NCBI GenBank assembly: GCA_965223325.1
Contig: CBDCWI010000002.1
Span: forward strand, 4,032,001 to 4,096,000
DNA length: 64,000 nucleotides
DNA from: Candidatus Multivoradales bacterium
GTDB taxonomy: Bacteria > Acidobacteriota > Thermoanaerobaculia > Multivoradales > Multivoraceae
Direction of reading: 5' to 3'
Shown here: in pieces, positions 10,281 through 19,939 of the stretch
How positions within the stretch are numbered: the first letter of the stretch is position 1
How the letters are laid out: every line of letters starts with the position of its first letter
The notes under the pieces: generated by a model
Databases searched by the model: none
Told to the model about the DNA's origin: nothing
The model's input: the letters and a program-made list of their open reading frames with translations, nothing else
Translations under genes and position numbers: made by a program

Positions 10281-11876
10281 CTACTCGATGTAGCCCAGCG
10301 AGCGCAGCAGCTCGAGGTCCTCTTCGCTATTCGGCGCCGGTTGCGAGGTGGCGCGACGACTGCCGTGGCTGGCGACGGTGCGAACCGGGCGGAGCCGTCG
10401 GAGGGCGGGGCTCCAGAGATCGGTGCGGGCCGTCCCCACCGAATCTTCGGCGATTGGCAGGCCGAAGGCCCAGAGGACCGTCGAGGTGACGTCGTGAATG
10501 CTGATGCCTTCAAGCTCGGCCGAGGGGTCGATGTTTGGACCGCTGGCGATGAAGATTCCCTCGGTGTTCGCATCGTGGGTGCCGGAAAGCTCAGTGACGA
10601 TCGGTTCGAGATGCGAAGGCTCGCCATCGAAGAGGAGAGGCGGCACGACGTCGTCGGGTTGGACGCGCACCACCAGGTCGACCCCGTCTCGTACCTCGGG
10701 GCGCTTCGGAGGTCGCACCCAGAACACCGGCGCGCTGTTCGACCAGGTGAAACGGGCGAGCTCTTCGGTGAGGCGATTGTTGAGAGCCGTACGGGTTTCT
10801 TGGTCGGGCGCAGCCACGAAGCGCAGTTTCTGGAGCTGCTCGCTGGGGGCCGAGCCGTGAATCGTGAACCCAGGTGTGGCTTCGCCTTGACTTTGAAGCC
10901 CCAACTCCCGGAGCACCTGTGTGAAGTCGAGTTGTACGCGCGCTTCGACGTTTCGCATGGCCTTGAAGCCGTGATCGGAGAGCACGATCACGTCGCTTCG
11001 CTCTGGCGTGACCTCGAGCAGGTATCCCAGCGCCTGATCGACGGCTTCGTAGATCTCGGCCACTGGGTCCCCGTGGGCCTTCGCCTTCTCCGCGCTGATT
11101 CCAAATTTCTCGGGCTGGTGGTACTTCCATGAGTAGTGACTTTCGAGGTCGAGAAAACGGATGTAGACCGCCATCACCTGGAGCGACGGATCGCCCGAGA
11201 GCTCATGCGCCAAATGGACCATCAAACGATCGCGGGCTCCAACCCCCTCGGTCGGGAGCCTCAGCAGGTCATTGGCCATGGCGCGCTCGCTGATTTCCGG
11301 GAGCCGCACAGAGAGAGCTCCCGGTTGCGCGGTGTCGCGCTCGGTTTCGAGCGCCAGGTCGCTTACGATGATGCCGCTCTCGGGTTCGGCGGGCCAGGTT
11401 GCCCACCAGCCGAGGAAAGCCGCCCGGACCCCGCCGTCAGCCAGCAGGTTCCAGAGCGCCGGGGCCTGGCGATGCGTCGAGTTGACCGGAGTACCGTCGG
11501 CGGTCACGAAGCCGTCGATGCCATGGAGCTCGGGTCCCACTCCGGTCGCCATCGTCGTCCAGATGATCGGCGACTTCCCGTAGTCGGTGGCCAGCCGCGC
11601 CGACACGCCCGCGTCAGCCAAGGCACGCAGGTGGGGAAGGCGTTCCTCGGCCCAGAGCCGCTCGATGACGCCCCAGTCGCCGCCGTCGATCCCGACGAGG
11701 AGCAGGCGCTGGGGCTCCGGCGAGGGTGGGTCGTCGGTGCAGGAAATCGCCAAGAGAGCGACCATGAGGGCAGCAGCCAAAAGCTTGCTCAGGCTGAATC
11801 GAGAGTTGGGCAAAGCGGGCTTCCTCTGCGGTCGCGCTGGCCTACAGGTCGGGGTCTGGAAGGGTGTCGAAGGCAT
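10281..11876 (-). CDS. Alkaline phosphatase superfamily / type I phosphodiesterase lipoprotein
   Basis: Lipobox LLAISC, LVGIDGGDW, SPIIWTTMATG, VLSDHGF, C-terminal LRSLGYIE. Confidence 0.8.
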   Translation of the reverse strand: MPSTPFQTPTCRPARPQRKPALPNSRFSLSKLLAAALMVALLAISCTDDPPSPEPQRLLLVGIDGGDWGVIERLWAEERLPHLRALADAGVSARLATDYGKSPIIWTTMATGVGPELHGIDGFVTADGTPVNSTHRQAPALWNLLADGGVRAAFLGWWATWPAEPESGIIVSDLALETERDTAQPGALSVRLPEISERAMANDLLRLPTEGVGARDRLMVHLAHELSGDPSLQVMAVYIRFLDLESHYSWKYHQPEKFGISAEKAKAHGDPVAEIYEAVDQALGYLLEVTPERSDVIVLSDHGFKAMRNVEARVQLDFTQVLRELGLQSQGEATPGFTIHGSAPSEQLQKLRFVAAPDQETRTALNNRLTEELARFTWSNSAPVFWVRPPKRPEVRDGVDLVVRVQPDDVVPPLLFDGEPSHLEPIVTELSGTHDANTEGIFIASGPNIDPSAELEGISIHDVTSTVLWAFGLPIAEDSVGTARTDLWSPALRRLRPVRTVASHGSRRATSQPAPNSEEDLELLRSLGYIE

Positions 11877-12111
11877 CTTCCATCCTTTCGCAGTTCCCTG
11901 CCAAAGTCGCCTCAGGGCAGTGCCTTACGGCGATCGCTGATGGTGGGAATGCAGCGGGTGGATGCGGCGTTCTGGCGGGTGGCTTGCCGTGAGGGCTCCG
12001 GAAAGAGAGAATCCTCGGATCGGAGAACTGGAACAGCGGCTCCAGGCTTGCGTTCTAGTCCAGTCGGACCCCCTCCGCCGATCACCCAGAAGCCAGCTCA
12101 GGAAGCATCCC

Positions 12112-13125
12112 ATGACAGACATCGCCCACTCCGATCCAACCGTGAGCAAGCAGGTTGCGCAACCGAGCGCGGCCCGCGAACGGCCCCAGCCTGGTTGGCG
12201 ACGGCTGGTCGGACACCTGGGTGGTGCTTTTCTCGGAGGGGTGTTGCTGGTCGCCGCCTTTACCAAGGCCATCCATCCGATCGCTTTCACCGAGCAGATT
12301 CAGGCTGAGGGGCTCGACTTTCTCCTGCCAGCTGGACTGCTGACGATGATTGCCCTGGCGCTCGAGGCCGGGCTCGGTAGCGCCCTATTGCTCGGCGTGC
12401 GTCGGCTGTGGACCCTCCTTCCCACCGCCGGCCTGGTGGTCTTCTTCCTATTCTTGACCGGCCGCACCTACTGGCGAGACCTCAATGGCATCGTCGCCGA
12501 CGAAGGCCATGGCTGCGGGTGCTTCGGCAATCTGGTGGAACGTACGCCGGCCGAGGCGTTCTGGCAGGACCTCTTCCTGATGGTGCCAGCCCTTCTTCTG
12601 GCTTTCATTGGCTGGCGTTTGACCCAGAGTCGGCCGTGGATTCGAATGGCGGTGGTGACCCTCTTCACCATTGGCACCCTCGTCCTGGCGTTCAAGGCTC
12701 CTGAGCTGCCGCTCGACGACCTGGCAACACGCATGAAGCCCGGTGTCGAGCTCGAGTCGATCTGTGGTGGCACCGGAGACAGCCGTCTGTGCCTGCCGAC
12801 GGTGGCCCCAGAGTTGTCGGAGGGCGAACACCTGGTGGTGATCGCCGACCTTGCTGACGAGTCGTTCGGCGAGCGCGTGGGTTCGCTCAACCAGTATCTG
12901 CAACTCGGTGAAAGCGTCATGGTTCTGGCCGATGTCACCCCCGAAGACCAGAACACCTTCTTCTGGAGCTACGGCCCGGCGTTCGAAATCCGCGAGACAC
13001 CGGCCGCGCTTCTTGAGCCGCTCTATCGTGAGTTGCCGCGGTCGTTCAAGGTCAAGGACGGAGTGGTCACCCGAACCTGGGCCGGCCTACCGCCGCTCCC
13101 CGAACCGGCGGCCGATCCCTTTTGA
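12112..13125 (+). CDS. MauE/DoxX-family redox-associated membrane protein
   Basis: Several TM helices, GCGCFGN motif, extracytoplasmic C-terminal domain. Confidence 0.75.
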   Translation: MTDIAHSDPTVSKQVAQPSAARERPQPGWRRLVGHLGGAFLGGVLLVAAFTKAIHPIAFTEQIQAEGLDFLLPAGLLTMIALALEAGLGSALLLGVRRLWTLLPTAGLVVFFLFLTGRTYWRDLNGIVADEGHGCGCFGNLVERTPAEAFWQDLFLMVPALLLAFIGWRLTQSRPWIRMAVVTLFTIGTLVLAFKAPELPLDDLATRMKPGVELESICGGTGDSRLCLPTVAPELSEGEHLVVIADLADESFGERVGSLNQYLQLGESVMVLADVTPEDQNTFFWSYGPAFEIRETPAALLEPLYRELPRSFKVKDGVVTRTWAGLPPLPEPAADPF

Positions 13126-13197
13126 TTCACCTCAATTCTTCTGAACCGACACACCTTTCGTCACCCTCGAAACTCGATTCACCTCCCGGAGGCTTCC

Positions 13198-14004
13198 ATG
13201 CGTTGCACCCTTTTCCTTCTTCGTACTGTTCTTGTCGGTGCTCTGTTCGCAGCGGTAACCGCCACCGCGAGCATCGCGCAGGCCGATTCGACCTTCAGCG
13301 ACTTCCGCCTCGAGGAGAACTTCCAGCTCAAGATCGACGGCGTGGCTGACCCGAAAGCCGAGATCTACCGCAACCGCTTGCCGGCATTCCTGATTCTCAG
13401 TCGCAGCCTCCCCGACCCGGTTCTGGTGGTACCGCGCGGCGCCTCGGTGCAGAAGGTCAACCTGATGAAGATCTCCAAGCAGGACACCGGCGCCATCGAT
13501 CTGCTCGCCGACGCGGCGCTCGAACGTCTCGGATCGATCGAGATTGACGGCACCGGGATCCGTTTCAGTGCTTTCGACAAAGCGATGGAGCTGGGCGAGA
13601 AACCGCCTCTCTTGGGTGACCAGACCATCGCGGGTCTGACCGGTTACTCCGAGAACTACCAGACCCTGATGGACGCCTACAAGCCGAATGCCGAGTCGCT
13701 GGCGGCCCTGCGGCAGGAGAAAGGCATCACGGCGGTCATCTACTTCGGTACCTGGTGCCCCTTCTGTGGCCGCTATGTGCCGCGCATGATGCAGGTTGCG
13801 AACCAGCTCGGCGACAGCGGCGCCCAGATCGAGTTCTACGGTCTGCCTGGTCAGATCTCGAACGACGCGCGTGCCAAGGCCGCCAAGGTCAACGGCGTTC
13901 CGACGGGTATCGTCTATCGCGACGGCAAGGAGATCGGTCGTCTCGAAGGTGACGCCTGGACGTCACCGGAGAGGTCGCTGCTCAAAGTGATCCGCGGCGA
14001 CTAG
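13198..14004 (+). CDS. Exported thioredoxin-family protein
   Basis: Signal peptide, FGTWCPFC (CxxC), cis-Pro motif GVPT. Confidence 0.8.
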   Translation: MRCTLFLLRTVLVGALFAAVTATASIAQADSTFSDFRLEENFQLKIDGVADPKAEIYRNRLPAFLILSRSLPDPVLVVPRGASVQKVNLMKISKQDTGAIDLLADAALERLGSIEIDGTGIRFSAFDKAMELGEKPPLLGDQTIAGLTGYSENYQTLMDAYKPNAESLAALRQEKGITAVIYFGTWCPFCGRYVPRMMQVANQLGDSGAQIEFYGLPGQISNDARAKAAKVNGVPTGIVYRDGKEIGRLEGDAWTSPERSLLKVIRGD

Positions 14005-14016
14005 GTACCGCTTCTC

Positions 14017-14853
14017 TCACGGCCCGGTGGCCAGCGGACGCTGCGAGTCGGCGATCCATTCGCTCCACGAGCCCACGTACAGGCGCGGCATTGGAAGCCC
14101 GGCATGTTCCATGGCGAGGGCGAGGTGCGCGGCGGTGACGCCTGAGCCGCAGTAGACCGTTGCGGGATCGGTTTCGTTCTCCGCTACACCTTCGAAGTGG
14201 TTCTTCAGTGTGAACGGAGAACGCATGTAGCCCTCCGCGTCGAGGCTGCGTTTGAAGGGCATCGACTGGGCGCCGGGAATGTGCCCGGCGACTTTGTCGA
14301 TCGGTTCGGTCTCGCCGCGAAAGCGCTCGGGAGCGCGGGCGTCGAAGAGCTGGCCACGAGACCCGGCCAGCGCCGCATCCGCGGCAGTCGCCACCATGCC
14401 GGGCTGCGGGTTGGCGGTGAAGGTGAGCGGAGCGAGCGTCACGGAGCCGCGCTCGAGCGGCAGACCGCGGTCTGTCCAGCCCTTGAAACCACCGTCGAGC
14501 ATGCGCACCGGCTCGTGACCCAGCCAGCGTAGGAGCCACCACAGACGCGCCGCGATCGCACCGCCCATATCGTCGTAAACCACCACACCGCTGCTGTCGC
14601 CGATGCCGAGCTCGCCTAGCCGGTTGGCAAGGACGCCAGGGTCTGGCAGCGGGTGACGCCCGGAGCCTTCCGTCAGCGGGCCTGAGAGGTCCTCGTCGAG
14701 GTGCGCGTAGATCGCACCTGGAAGGTGACCTTCGAGGTACTTCTGTCGGCCGGCGCCGGGGTCGGCGAGCGAGAAGCGGCAGTCGACGACCACCAGGTTC
14801 GGGTCTTCGATGCGGTCGGCGAGAGACGGCATGTCGATCAACACTTTTCCCAT
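14017..14853 (-). CDS. Tandem-rhodanese sulfurtransferase (SseA/3-MST-like)
   Basis: GHLPGA, GRHPLP, ARLWW, GHIPGA, YCGSGVTA, YVGSWSEW. Confidence 0.92.
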   Translation of the reverse strand: MGKVLIDMPSLADRIEDPNLVVVDCRFSLADPGAGRQKYLEGHLPGAIYAHLDEDLSGPLTEGSGRHPLPDPGVLANRLGELGIGDSSGVVVYDDMGGAIAARLWWLLRWLGHEPVRMLDGGFKGWTDRGLPLERGSVTLAPLTFTANPQPGMVATAADAALAGSRGQLFDARAPERFRGETEPIDKVAGHIPGAQSMPFKRSLDAEGYMRSPFTLKNHFEGVAENETDPATVYCGSGVTAAHLALAMEHAGLPMPRLYVGSWSEWIADSQRPLATGP

Positions 14854-14901
14854 GTCTCGATTGTCGCATGCACGACGCGAAGTCGTCGCTTCGGAGGGAC
14901 G

Positions 14902-16137
14902 TTAGTCCCGCGCGTAGAGTTCGAGCGGGTCGCGCCCGCCGTTCTTCCACGTCACGTCGACGGCTTGTAGCTCGCCCGGAGCCGCGAGATGGGTTGCGCC
15001 AAGCGCGGTCAAGTGGCTTTCGATGTCGCGCCGAAGTGTTGGTGAGTCGGAACAAACGACGGCTCCCTGGAGGTGATCTCCCCATGAGGCAAGAGTTTGG
15101 ATGATGGACCGGGTGGTGGCGGCGACAGGGTGAACGCGCACGCACCGTGCCCCAGGCGACGGCCTGGGTGCACTGCCGGCGGTGCTTACGATGACCGCGC
15201 CGGGACCGATGACACCCGGCTCGACCCATGACGTCTTCTCGCCTTGTAGCGCGCTGCTCGAGATTTCGATGCGCGCGCGACTGGCTTCTGCCAGTTCGAG
15301 CCGGCGCGGCGGAAGGCGCTTGGAAACGCCGCGTAGCGCTTCTGAGAGCACACGAGCCAGCGCCTCCGGTCGATCGCTTGCAATCCACTGCAGCGACAGG
15401 CAGCCACCCTGATCGAAGAGTGCGATATCGGCCGCCAGGCCTTCGGCGACCCGGGTATCTTCGTTGGCCGAACCGAGGATGACGGCGATCGAGATGCGGG
15501 GGCCGAAGGCGGTGAGGTTTCCGGACAAGGCCTCCCAGTCGGCGATGGCGCGCTCTCCGCCGTAGACGATGACCCGGGCGACCGCTCGTAGAGCGGCCTG
15601 GGCCAGGTCCTTTCGAGTGGAGGGCCAGGTGACGGCGGCTAGCGCGTCGCCCAGCCCCGGTGCGTGAAACACCAGGCGCTCGACCAGAGTCTTGGCGAAC
15701 AGCGGTTCACGCTCTGAAGAGCGTAGAAGGAGCGGTCGCCTGGCTGCCAAAGCAGGCAGCACACACTGAGTGGCGAGGCCGACGGGAGTCGCGGCGAGGT
15801 TGACCAGGAAGGGTCGACGGTTCGCTTTCTCGAGAGAGTCGGCACGCTCGAGCAGACTCCCGAGAACTGAAGGAGCTGCCCCCTGCAAGATCACGTCGAG
15901 CGAAGCGCGCACCGTGTCCGGGTGTGCCTGCCAGTTCCGGGCGACCTCTTCGACCATGCCTTCTGCCAGCCCGCTTCTTCCATCGCTGAGCTCCGCCCAG
16001 GTCGCGCTCCAGGCGCGCGCGAGATCGTCGTTTGAACAGGCAGCGAGGGCAGGCGAACCCCGAGTCTCGAGGTGTTGGCACAGAGAAGTCACTTCGGCGC
16101 CGGTGGGCTGTGGGTAAAGCAGCGTCATCGTGATCAC
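14902..16137 (-). CDS. LuxC-like acyl-CoA reductase
   Basis: YGG, FGPRISIA, DIALFDQGGCLS with catalytic Cys; overlaps the LuxE-like stop. Confidence 0.75.
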   Translation of the reverse strand: MITMTLLYPQPTGAEVTSLCQHLETRGSPALAACSNDDLARAWSATWAELSDGRSGLAEGMVEEVARNWQAHPDTVRASLDVILQGAAPSVLGSLLERADSLEKANRRPFLVNLAATPVGLATQCVLPALAARRPLLLRSSEREPLFAKTLVERLVFHAPGLGDALAAVTWPSTRKDLAQAALRAVARVIVYGGERAIADWEALSGNLTAFGPRISIAVILGSANEDTRVAEGLAADIALFDQGGCLSLQWIASDRPEALARVLSEALRGVSKRLPPRRLELAEASRARIEISSSALQGEKTSWVEPGVIGPGAVIVSTAGSAPRPSPGARCVRVHPVAATTRSIIQTLASWGDHLQGAVVCSDSPTLRRDIESHLTALGATHLAAPGELQAVDVTWKNGGRDPLELYARD

Positions 16138-17228
16138 GCCCCGAAGTCCTCGCCGGCCGCGACGAACTCCTCAGCGCTCAGGCTGCAACCGCGAAGCGGC
16201 GACCCTTCGACTCTCCCGAGCAGTCGAAAGCCGGGCCCCTCTGAAACACCCAGGTCTTCCGACAAGACAGCCAGGGACGAGCCAACATTCCCGAGGTCGA
16301 AGAAGGAAAGCACTCCTGGCTCACCATCCGGACAGACCGACATGTCGCGCGGGTCGAGAACCCTGACGCGCATCCACGGCGGCGGAAACAGAAGGTCAGG
16401 ATCGCCACCAGAGAGCACACGGCTGTAGCACTGGCTCGAGAGCTCGCTCATCCCGTACTCGCGCACGATGCGCTCCGCCGGGACATCGAGGCGCTCCATG
16501 ACCAGGTCCACCAGGTCGCTGCGGGTGACCTCGCGAGTGCGCCCCTTGAAACCGCCGGTCTCGAAGATCACGCTTCCCGGTGCCAGCTGAAGAGTGCGCG
16601 GGAGCTGATCGAGAAGCTCGAGAAGCGCAAAGGCGGTAGAGAAGATCAGGGCCGGCCGTGCCGCGGCCTCTTGGGTTTCGAGCCACCGCAAGGCCGCTTT
16701 GGCGTCGAGCCCGTCGGCACCCAGGACCCAGCTCACGTTCTGCCCGGGAAGTGCGGCGAGTGTATGTGAAGCCATGTAAGACAGGCTCGAGTCAGAAAGA
16801 AGTGCAGCAGAGGGTACGAGCGACAAAACCGAGAAAGGATTCTCGGTCGGCGGCACACACGAGGGTTCGAACGACGCATCGAGAATCGCCTCGTAGAGCT
16901 CCGGAAAAGGCACGTGATGCTGGCTGCGAGACGTCTTGCCCCGCGTCGTGCCGCTCGATCGGAAAACGGCCGCCGCCGGTGCTGCGGCCAACACCTCGGT
17001 TGCGAAACAGCGCGTTGGAACCGGCGGTGCGCGCCGCCAGTCGAGGTCTAGCTCGTGCGGGTCAAGCCCGGCGCTCGCCCAGAGTCGTCTGAGTGGCTCG
17101 ACTCTCGGAACCTGCCAGGTCAGCGCACGGCCGGCGAGCTCGTCGAAGGTCTCGGCGCGGTCCAGCGGCTCGAGCGCGTCGCACTCGCGCACGAAGCGCA
17201 GAATGTCCGACAGGATGGGTGGGTGCAC
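16134..17228 (-). CDS. LuxE-like acyl-protein synthetase
   Basis: FRSSGTT, ETGGFKGR, EYGMSELSSQ, EDLG, LLGR, LRGCS. Confidence 0.8.
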   Translation of the reverse strand: MHPPILSDILRFVRECDALEPLDRAETFDELAGRALTWQVPRVEPLRRLWASAGLDPHELDLDWRRAPPVPTRCFATEVLAAAPAAAVFRSSGTTRGKTSRSQHHVPFPELYEAILDASFEPSCVPPTENPFSVLSLVPSAALLSDSSLSYMASHTLAALPGQNVSWVLGADGLDAKAALRWLETQEAAARPALIFSTAFALLELLDQLPRTLQLAPGSVIFETGGFKGRTREVTRSDLVDLVMERLDVPAERIVREYGMSELSSQCYSRVLSGGDPDLLFPPPWMRVRVLDPRDMSVCPDGEPGVLSFFDLGNVGSSLAVLSEDLGVSEGPGFRLLGRVEGSPLRGCSLSAEEFVAAGEDFGA

Positions 17229-17401
17229 GCGCTGAGAATATCCCGCTGCCGGCCCAGGTCGATGGCACCGACTGGTCGGGTAGGTAGCGCCTGGCCGCCG
17301 GGATCGCAGGCCAAGGAGTCGTCAAAGGCTATCTATACAATCCCGCCACCTCGCCCTTCGTTTCCTTCGGCTGCCACGGTAAGAACCACGGAGACTCACC
17401 T

Positions 17402-18409
17402 ATGCCGGCCACTCCTACCAGAGACCCCGAAGTCCGCTTTCGCGATCAAGAGATCACCCTCGAAGGTGGGCAACCGGGGCGCAATGTCGAGATCGACTCG
17501 GCGTCGCCACTGAATTACTACCAGGCCATCACCAAGCCCGACGAGGTGCCTCTGACCCGGATCGACGGCAAACTGTTCTTGCCAACTGGCACCGCAGCCG
17601 GCGAAGCGCTGCCGGTGATCATCGTCGCGCCTGGGAGCCTTGGCGTCGGTGACAGCCACCTGCAGCACGCCAACACTTTTCTGAAGATGGGGCTTGCGGC
17701 CTTCGTGCTCGACAGTTTCGGGGCCCGCAGCGTCACCTCGACGGTCGCCAACCAGACCCAGTTCTCTTTCGCGGCCTCCGCCTTCGATGTGCTGGCGGCC
17801 TACAGGGCGCTCGCATCGCTGCCCGAGATCGACGGCTCTCGTATTGGCGCCCAGGGGCATAGCCGGGGTGGGACCGCGGTCTTGATGGCGTCTACCAGGC
17901 GGTTCGCCGATGCTGTGGCCGGTGAAGACGCTGGCCTGTGTGCGGTGCTGGCTGCCTATCCCTGGTGTGGGCATCAGTTTCTCGATCCGCGAGTGGGAGA
18001 TACCGTTGTCCATGTCCTGATGGGCGATGCCGACGACTGGTGCTCACCGATGCAGGCGCAGGGACATTGCCAGGCGGTGCGCTTGACGGGCGGCCAGGCC
18101 ACCATGAAGCTGGTCAAAGATGCGCAGCACAGCTTTGATCGCGAGTCGCCAGTGGTCGTCGTGGCAGACGGCAAGGTGTCCCCGGCTGCCCCCACGGCAT
18201 ACATCGCCGACGACGGAGCCTTTCTGCACCCGCTGGAGGACACGCCCGATCCTCAACTGGTCGACCGCGATTTGATGGTCTACGCCCTCAAGGCCGGCTA
18301 CGGCAGAACCGATCCGCGGATCGGTAGCGTCCCTGGTGAGCCTGAACGGTTCCGCAACGAGATGACGTCGTTCTGGCGCAAGGTGCTTGAAGCTCAAAGC
18401 CTGCGATGA
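17402..18409 (+). CDS. Dienelactone hydrolase-family alpha/beta hydrolase
   Basis: GHSRGG nucleophile elbow, GDADDW Asp, AQHSFD His. Confidence 0.8.
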   Translation: MPATPTRDPEVRFRDQEITLEGGQPGRNVEIDSASPLNYYQAITKPDEVPLTRIDGKLFLPTGTAAGEALPVIIVAPGSLGVGDSHLQHANTFLKMGLAAFVLDSFGARSVTSTVANQTQFSFAASAFDVLAAYRALASLPEIDGSRIGAQGHSRGGTAVLMASTRRFADAVAGEDAGLCAVLAAYPWCGHQFLDPRVGDTVVHVLMGDADDWCSPMQAQGHCQAVRLTGGQATMKLVKDAQHSFDRESPVVVVADGKVSPAAPTAYIADDGAFLHPLEDTPDPQLVDRDLMVYALKAGYGRTDPRIGSVPGEPERFRNEMTSFWRKVLEAQSLR

Positions 18410-18528
18410 GTCGAGAGGACTAGCAGGCCGCGCGCTCGATGATGAGCTCAGCATCACCCTCGCGCTGGGTGCACCACATCTGGACCCACGGCTCAAACTC
18501 AGCCACACGAAACTCCTGCCACGGAGCG

Positions 18529-19710
18529 CTAGGTGGAGCGCAGCTCGTCCGTGGGCTTTAGGGCTGCGAGATAGTCATCGTAGGGCACGCAGAGGACATC
18601 GTCCGTCAACAGCGTCTCGCGGCCTCCATAGAGCAGCACGGTTCCTGCTTCGGGATAGTCCTCACGAAATGCTCGGAGAGAACGCAGGTCCCGCGGTCGT
18701 ACCCGGGCGCTGCGCATCACGTCGATGGCGACGAAGGTGCTTGGACCATAGACCACGAAGTCGACCTCCACGCCACTTCTCGTTCTCCAGTAGTGGAGTG
18801 TCTCACCACGACGTCGGTACCCGATCCACGCTCGGAGGTGCTGTTCCACAAGGCCCTCGAGCGCGGCGCCGAGAACTTCCTCCGGCGCGTCCATCGGGCC
18901 CCGCGGTCGCGCTTGGGCAAACACTCCTGCATCGAACCAGTAGAACTTCGGATGCTTCGTGAGTTGACGTTTGGCTCGTCGCTGGAAGACCGGCAAGCGT
19001 CTCGAGAGCAATAGGTCTTCCATCACGGCGAGATAACCCACGACCGTTGATCGACTCACACCGCACTCGCGTGCGACTTCGGTCAGGTTGAGTGCGTTCG
19101 CGTGGGAGAAAGAGAGCGCTTCCATGAAGCGAGAGAAGGACGTTAGATTTCGTACCAGCCCCTCCGCTTGCACCTCCTCACGAACATAGAGACCGAGGTA
19201 GCTGCGGAGAGTCTCCAGCGGCGTCGCCGAAGCTCGCACGAGTGGCAGCATGCCTATCTCGAGCGCAGAGTCGACGTCGAATTGCGGAAGCTCCGCCGCC
19301 ATGAAGGGATGCATCGTTGCTTCGACTGCGCGACCCGCGAGCAGGTTCACACCGCCACCGCACAGCTTGCGCGCACTCGAACCGGTCAAGACAAATCGAC
19401 GCCCTTTCTCTTCCTCCATCAAGAGATGGACCGCGTCGAGCAACTCGGGGACCTTCTGGACCTCGTCCACCACGACCTCGCAAGGAGCTTCGATTGCTCG
19501 CACGACTTCGAGTAGGCGCTCGGGGCGTGTTCGGTAGGCGTGCTCGACTCCGGGGTCGAGCAGATCGACTCGAAGCGCCCCCGGCAATGCGGTTCCTAGC
19601 CAGGTGGACTTGCCGGTGCCCCTGGGTCCGAACAGGAAGAACGAACCATCTGGCGGGTCGAAAAAGCGCGGAAGGTCCGTGTTTTTGCCTGCTTTTTTCA
19701 CGGTAGACAT
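18529..19710 (-). CDS. AAA_14 ATPase with DUF4143 C-terminal domain
   Basis: GPRGTGKST, VVDEVQK, LTGSSARKL, LAGRA, PKFYWFDAG, YWRTRSGVEVDF. Confidence 0.85.
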   Translation of the reverse strand: MSTVKKAGKNTDLPRFFDPPDGSFFLFGPRGTGKSTWLGTALPGALRVDLLDPGVEHAYRTRPERLLEVVRAIEAPCEVVVDEVQKVPELLDAVHLLMEEEKGRRFVLTGSSARKLCGGGVNLLAGRAVEATMHPFMAAELPQFDVDSALEIGMLPLVRASATPLETLRSYLGLYVREEVQAEGLVRNLTSFSRFMEALSFSHANALNLTEVARECGVSRSTVVGYLAVMEDLLLSRRLPVFQRRAKRQLTKHPKFYWFDAGVFAQARPRGPMDAPEEVLGAALEGLVEQHLRAWIGYRRRGETLHYWRTRSGVEVDFVVYGPSTFVAIDVMRSARVRPRDLRSLRAFREDYPEAGTVLLYGGRETLLTDDVLCVPYDDYLAALKPTDELRST

Positions 19711-19939
19711 GAAAATATCACATGCCCGTGGCGGCCTCAACAACCTCGCTCGTGACGGTCTCGATCGGTCGGGTTCGAGCCTCTGAGCCCGTTGCGTCGG
19801 TCTGATGTTGGCTACTCATCCAGGCTCGAACATCTTAGAAACGACGGGTCGCTTTGATAGCTTCTGTCGTTCCTCGCCGGCCGCGATTCGTGTCTCCAGG
19901 CCGCGCCATCACCCACCAGATTGTCCTGCCAATCCGAAC

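Noticed and set aside
13982-15388. 468-aa minus-strand ORF and the many similar Arg/Pro-rich ORFs
   Set aside because: Shadow frames of well-supported genes in high-GC DNA, with no motifs.
14902-17228. Bioluminescence operon
   Set aside because: No luxA, luxB or luxD in the window.
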